Source of the DNA: an uncultured archaeon | GTDB lineage: Archaea; Asgardarchaeota; Lokiarchaeia; Sigyniarchaeales; SOKP01 | DNA length: 19,983 nucleotides | Reading direction: 5' to 3' | NCBI GenBank assembly: GCA_964447495.1 | Contig: CAYUTF010000061.1 | Location: forward strand, 1 to 19,983 | Part shown: positions 17,648 to 19,983 of the stretch, one piece after another | How the letters are laid out: each line of letters begins with the position of its first letter | Numbering within the stretch: position 1 is the first letter of the stretch | The notes under the pieces: model-generated | Database searches by the model: none | Seen by the model: only the letters and a program-made list of their open reading frames with translations | Told to the model about the DNA's origin: nothing | Made by a program: the position numbers and the translations under genes

Positions 17648-18799
17648 ATGGTTGAATTCATCAAATTAAAAGGCAGTCCTAATGAGCGGGGTTACCTACA
17701 GGGAGAACAATTAAAAGAAAAAATTCATCACACATTTGATACAGTATTTCACTCAAAAATGTTTTCAGAAGTTACCTCGAAATTCATTCCACTCTCCATT
17801 ATAAAATTTGCTTTGGGAATTATTGGAAAAAAGAATACCAAAAAATCATTATCACAACTCCTTCCAAATCAGCATGAGAAGATGATTTCTCTGAGTAAAG
17901 CGGCCGGAATAAGTAAAAGATTGATTTATGGCGGACATTTTATAGAGGTCATGTCAGGAGACCCAAACTCATTATATAAAAACCCTCCAGTTCCCGCTTG
18001 CTCAATGATATTTGCATTACCCAGCGCTACTATAGATAACGCTATGATATTTGGGAGAAATTATGATTTTCCTAATGTTCTCCAACCATTTCAGGTGGTT
18101 CGTGAAGAATTGCCGGATAATGGATATAGAAATCTGAACTTTACCCAATATCCTTTGGTGGGCTGCCATATAGGGCTAAATGAAAAAGGCTTAGCAATAG
18201 GGTATAATTTTGGTCGCTCATGGAAAAAGGAACCATTAGATTTCAGATTAAAAGGTGTTCCAGCTACTTTCATCATACAAGAAGCCTTAGAAACTTGTGC
18301 AACAACTCAACAAGCTATTGATTTTATTACCCATTTTTCTGGACGTGCTAATGGGTTTCATTGTGGATTAATGGATATATCGGGAGATACTTGCATAATA
18401 GAAACTACCAGCACTCGTTTTGCTCTGCGTCGGCCTAAAGAGGGAATATTAGCGCACACGAATCATTATCAGACAGAAGATCTTAAAGATGCTAATTTAC
18501 CTGAGTATGTTCGATTTAAAATGGATGATATGGATATTAGCCCTATAGAATCACCAATTAGACGATATAAAAGAGAAATTGAGCTCCTCAACAAGTACAA
18601 AGGTCAAATTTCGATAGAAACAATTAAAGAAATTTTAAGAGATCATGAAAATAGAGAACCAGATGATTTTACCGTCTGTACTCATGGTCCTGCTGCAGGA
18701 ACTTTGGGCTCTATAATTATACTTCCCCTCAAACGCGAATTCTGGGTCACAGATAATCACCCATGTCAATCTGAATATGAAAAATTCACGTTAAAATAA
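17648..18799 (+). CDS. C45 family autoproteolytic Ntn-hydrolase/acyltransferase (acyl-CoA:6-APA acyltransferase-like)
   Basis: N-terminal LKGSPNERGYLQG, putative cleavage A|CSMIF, GRNYD, GLNEKGLAI, HTNHY, CTHG. Confidence 0.9.
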   Translation: MVEFIKLKGSPNERGYLQGEQLKEKIHHTFDTVFHSKMFSEVTSKFIPLSIIKFALGIIGKKNTKKSLSQLLPNQHEKMISLSKAAGISKRLIYGGHFIEVMSGDPNSLYKNPPVPACSMIFALPSATIDNAMIFGRNYDFPNVLQPFQVVREELPDNGYRNLNFTQYPLVGCHIGLNEKGLAIGYNFGRSWKKEPLDFRLKGVPATFIIQEALETCATTQQAIDFITHFSGRANGFHCGLMDISGDTCIIETTSTRFALRRPKEGILAHTNHYQTEDLKDANLPEYVRFKMDDMDISPIESPIRRYKREIELLNKYKGQISIETIKEILRDHENREPDDFTVCTHGPAAGTLGSIIILPLKREFWVTDNHPCQSEYEKFTLK

Positions 18800-18832
18800 A
18801 AAATAAAAAATAGTTAAAAAAAAAGGTTGGGT

Positions 18833-19324
18833 TTAATATCTCGTTCTTGTGGCTTGGATGCGAAGTTTTGCTTTAGTATTTTCCTTCTCATCCTGTAGAA
18901 TGACATATTCTGTTTTCTGGGGTAACCGAATCTCAAATTCTTGTTTAGCGATGTTGCTATCTTTCTGAAGAGGATCTTTCTCTCTAAGGATTACTTTGAT
19001 TGGGAGAATTATGCTTTCATCTGCCCGTACAGTTATAAATTGACTCCAGATAGACATATCTGCTTTCGAGGTAAATTCTTGATTGCGCTGAAGCTTAATT
19101 TCACCTTTATTCGGCCAACGCGCTTTAAAAACTTTATCCTCGGAATCTACTTTAAAATAGAACTCACCTCGCCAACCCAATATATCATAATCCTTCATAG
19201 TTTTTAGGCTCATTAATTCTATGCTTATGAAATACCTCTCCTTTTCCTCTCCAACTTGGTCCTGCTCGAAGGACTGGTCCTTTGCGTATGTCTTCTTTCC
19301 TTTCCTATAATATCTTTGCGGCAC
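18833..19324 (-). CDS. Hypothetical beta-rich protein, C2-domain-like
   Basis: 163-aa ORF with GTG start; DYDILGWRGEFYFKV and VILREKDPLQKDSNIAK resemble the C2 loop motifs DxxGxSDPYVKV and VxDxDxxxxDDxIG. Confidence 0.7.
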   Translation of the reverse strand: MPQRYYRKGKKTYAKDQSFEQDQVGEEKERYFISIELMSLKTMKDYDILGWRGEFYFKVDSEDKVFKARWPNKGEIKLQRNQEFTSKADMSIWSQFITVRADESIILPIKVILREKDPLQKDSNIAKQEFEIRLPQKTEYVILQDEKENTKAKLRIQATRTRY

Positions 19325-19453
19325 GTTTATTTCACATATTAAATATTAGCATTATACAAAATATATTATTTGAGTTTTATATATTTAGGCAATTATCCCT
19401 TAATAAAACCTTATAACATAATAAATGAACCCTAATGCATAAAATAAAAAGTG

Positions 19454-19774
19454 CTAAATATGAAAATCATACTTTCTATCGCATCCGGTGCAGATCCAGT
19501 ATTTTCTTTTAAATAATTCTTTATATATCATGTCTTCACCTATACTGTTACAGAATGGGCATTGAACGATTGATTCCTTCTCCCATACACCAAGATTTTC
19601 GCGATAAAGCTGCAACTCTTGAAACTCTCTTGAATCGGGATCGTTATTTTCTCTAAGTAATTTAAATGTCTTCCTGCGTTCCCGAGAAACAGAATTATGG
19701 AGTACAATCCTAAAATTACTCCTAATTCGGATCGTACATGGATGTTTAAGAATGATTGCCCTTGATTCTCTAAT
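19454..19774 (-). CDS. Zinc-ribbon protein (106 aa) lacking a canonical start codon
   Basis: Open frame IRESRAIILKHPCTIRI...SIVQCPFCNSIGEDMIYKELFKRKYWICTGCDRKYDFHI*; two CxxC pairs; GAGGTGA SD 6 nt before an in-frame ATT. Confidence 0.65.
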   Translation of the reverse strand: MRESRAIILKHPCTIRIRSNFRIVLHNSVSRERRKTFKLLRENNDPDSREFQELQLYRENLGVWEKESIVQCPFCNSIGEDMIYKELFKRKYWICTGCDRKYDFHI

Positions 19775-19785
19775 TTTTTTTCACC

Positions 19786-19923
19786 TCATAAATATGCGGG
19801 ATATCCATATAACCTAAAGATAGCACTGTATAGATTATCCCAATGTATATTATTAACATCTTCAAACCACACACCGGTGCCGATATTGTGAACTTTCACC
19901 TTATAATTGTAATTTTTAAATTT
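19786..19923 (-). pseudogene. Possible gene fragment (45 codons)
   Basis: KFKNYNYKVKVHNIGTGVWFEDVNNIHWDNLYSAIFRLYGYPAYL*; the stop overlaps the SD of the next gene, and upstream frames are interrupted. No family recognised. Confidence 0.25.
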
Positions 19924-19983
19924 TTAGCTTAATATAGTGTGAAAATATATAATTTTATTCAGTTAAATAATCTGGTAACAATG

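Noticed and set aside
1431-19207. Short antisense ORFs in the track (1431, 2225, 3014, 6602, 7899, 8217, 10434, 13302, 14034, 14335, 14651, 15003, 16755, 18091, 18941)
   Set aside because: All lie opposite longer, better-supported genes and show no independent signatures.
1-19983. CRISPR array, tRNA/rRNA, transposase or integrase
   Set aside because: No regularly spaced repeats, cloverleaf or rRNA-like GC-rich segments, or recombinase motifs were seen by eye.

Overview
AT-rich prokaryotic window whose gene content points to an Asgard archaeon, most likely Lokiarchaeia/Promethearchaeota. This is inferred from a Rab-like GTPase without a prenylation Cys, Loki-style LRR proteins and GAGGTGA-type ribosome-binding sites; no marker gene is present. 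Left part (minus strand): a partial tryptophanase/tyrosine phenol-lyase-family gene missed by the ORF track, a Rab-like GTPase, a flavodoxin, two MFS transporters, and an unusual 817-aa small GTPase-LRR-multipass membrane fusion. 7.3-9.05 kb: a decaying SDS22-type LRR locus, with one gene carrying an in-frame premature stop, a frameshifted remnant, and a diverged 42-bp direct repeat. 9.3-16.6 kb (plus strand) is the best candidate for an undescribed system. It encodes a HAD phosphatase, a tandem double PlsC acyltransferase, three genes that together cover the domain types of bacterial plasmalogen synthase/glycerol ester reductase (DUF2229 subunit, HgdD-like subunit, ATP-dependent activase), a PlsC-fold protein lacking the catalytic His, and two small helical proteins. 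This suggests synthesis of bacterial-type acyl-glycerol lipids and their reduction to ether lipids in an archaeon (inference). Right part: GNAT acetyltransferase, C45 Ntn-hydrolase, a C2-like protein, and a zinc-ribbon ORF without a canonical start. No RNA genes, CRISPR arrays or mobile elements were recognised.
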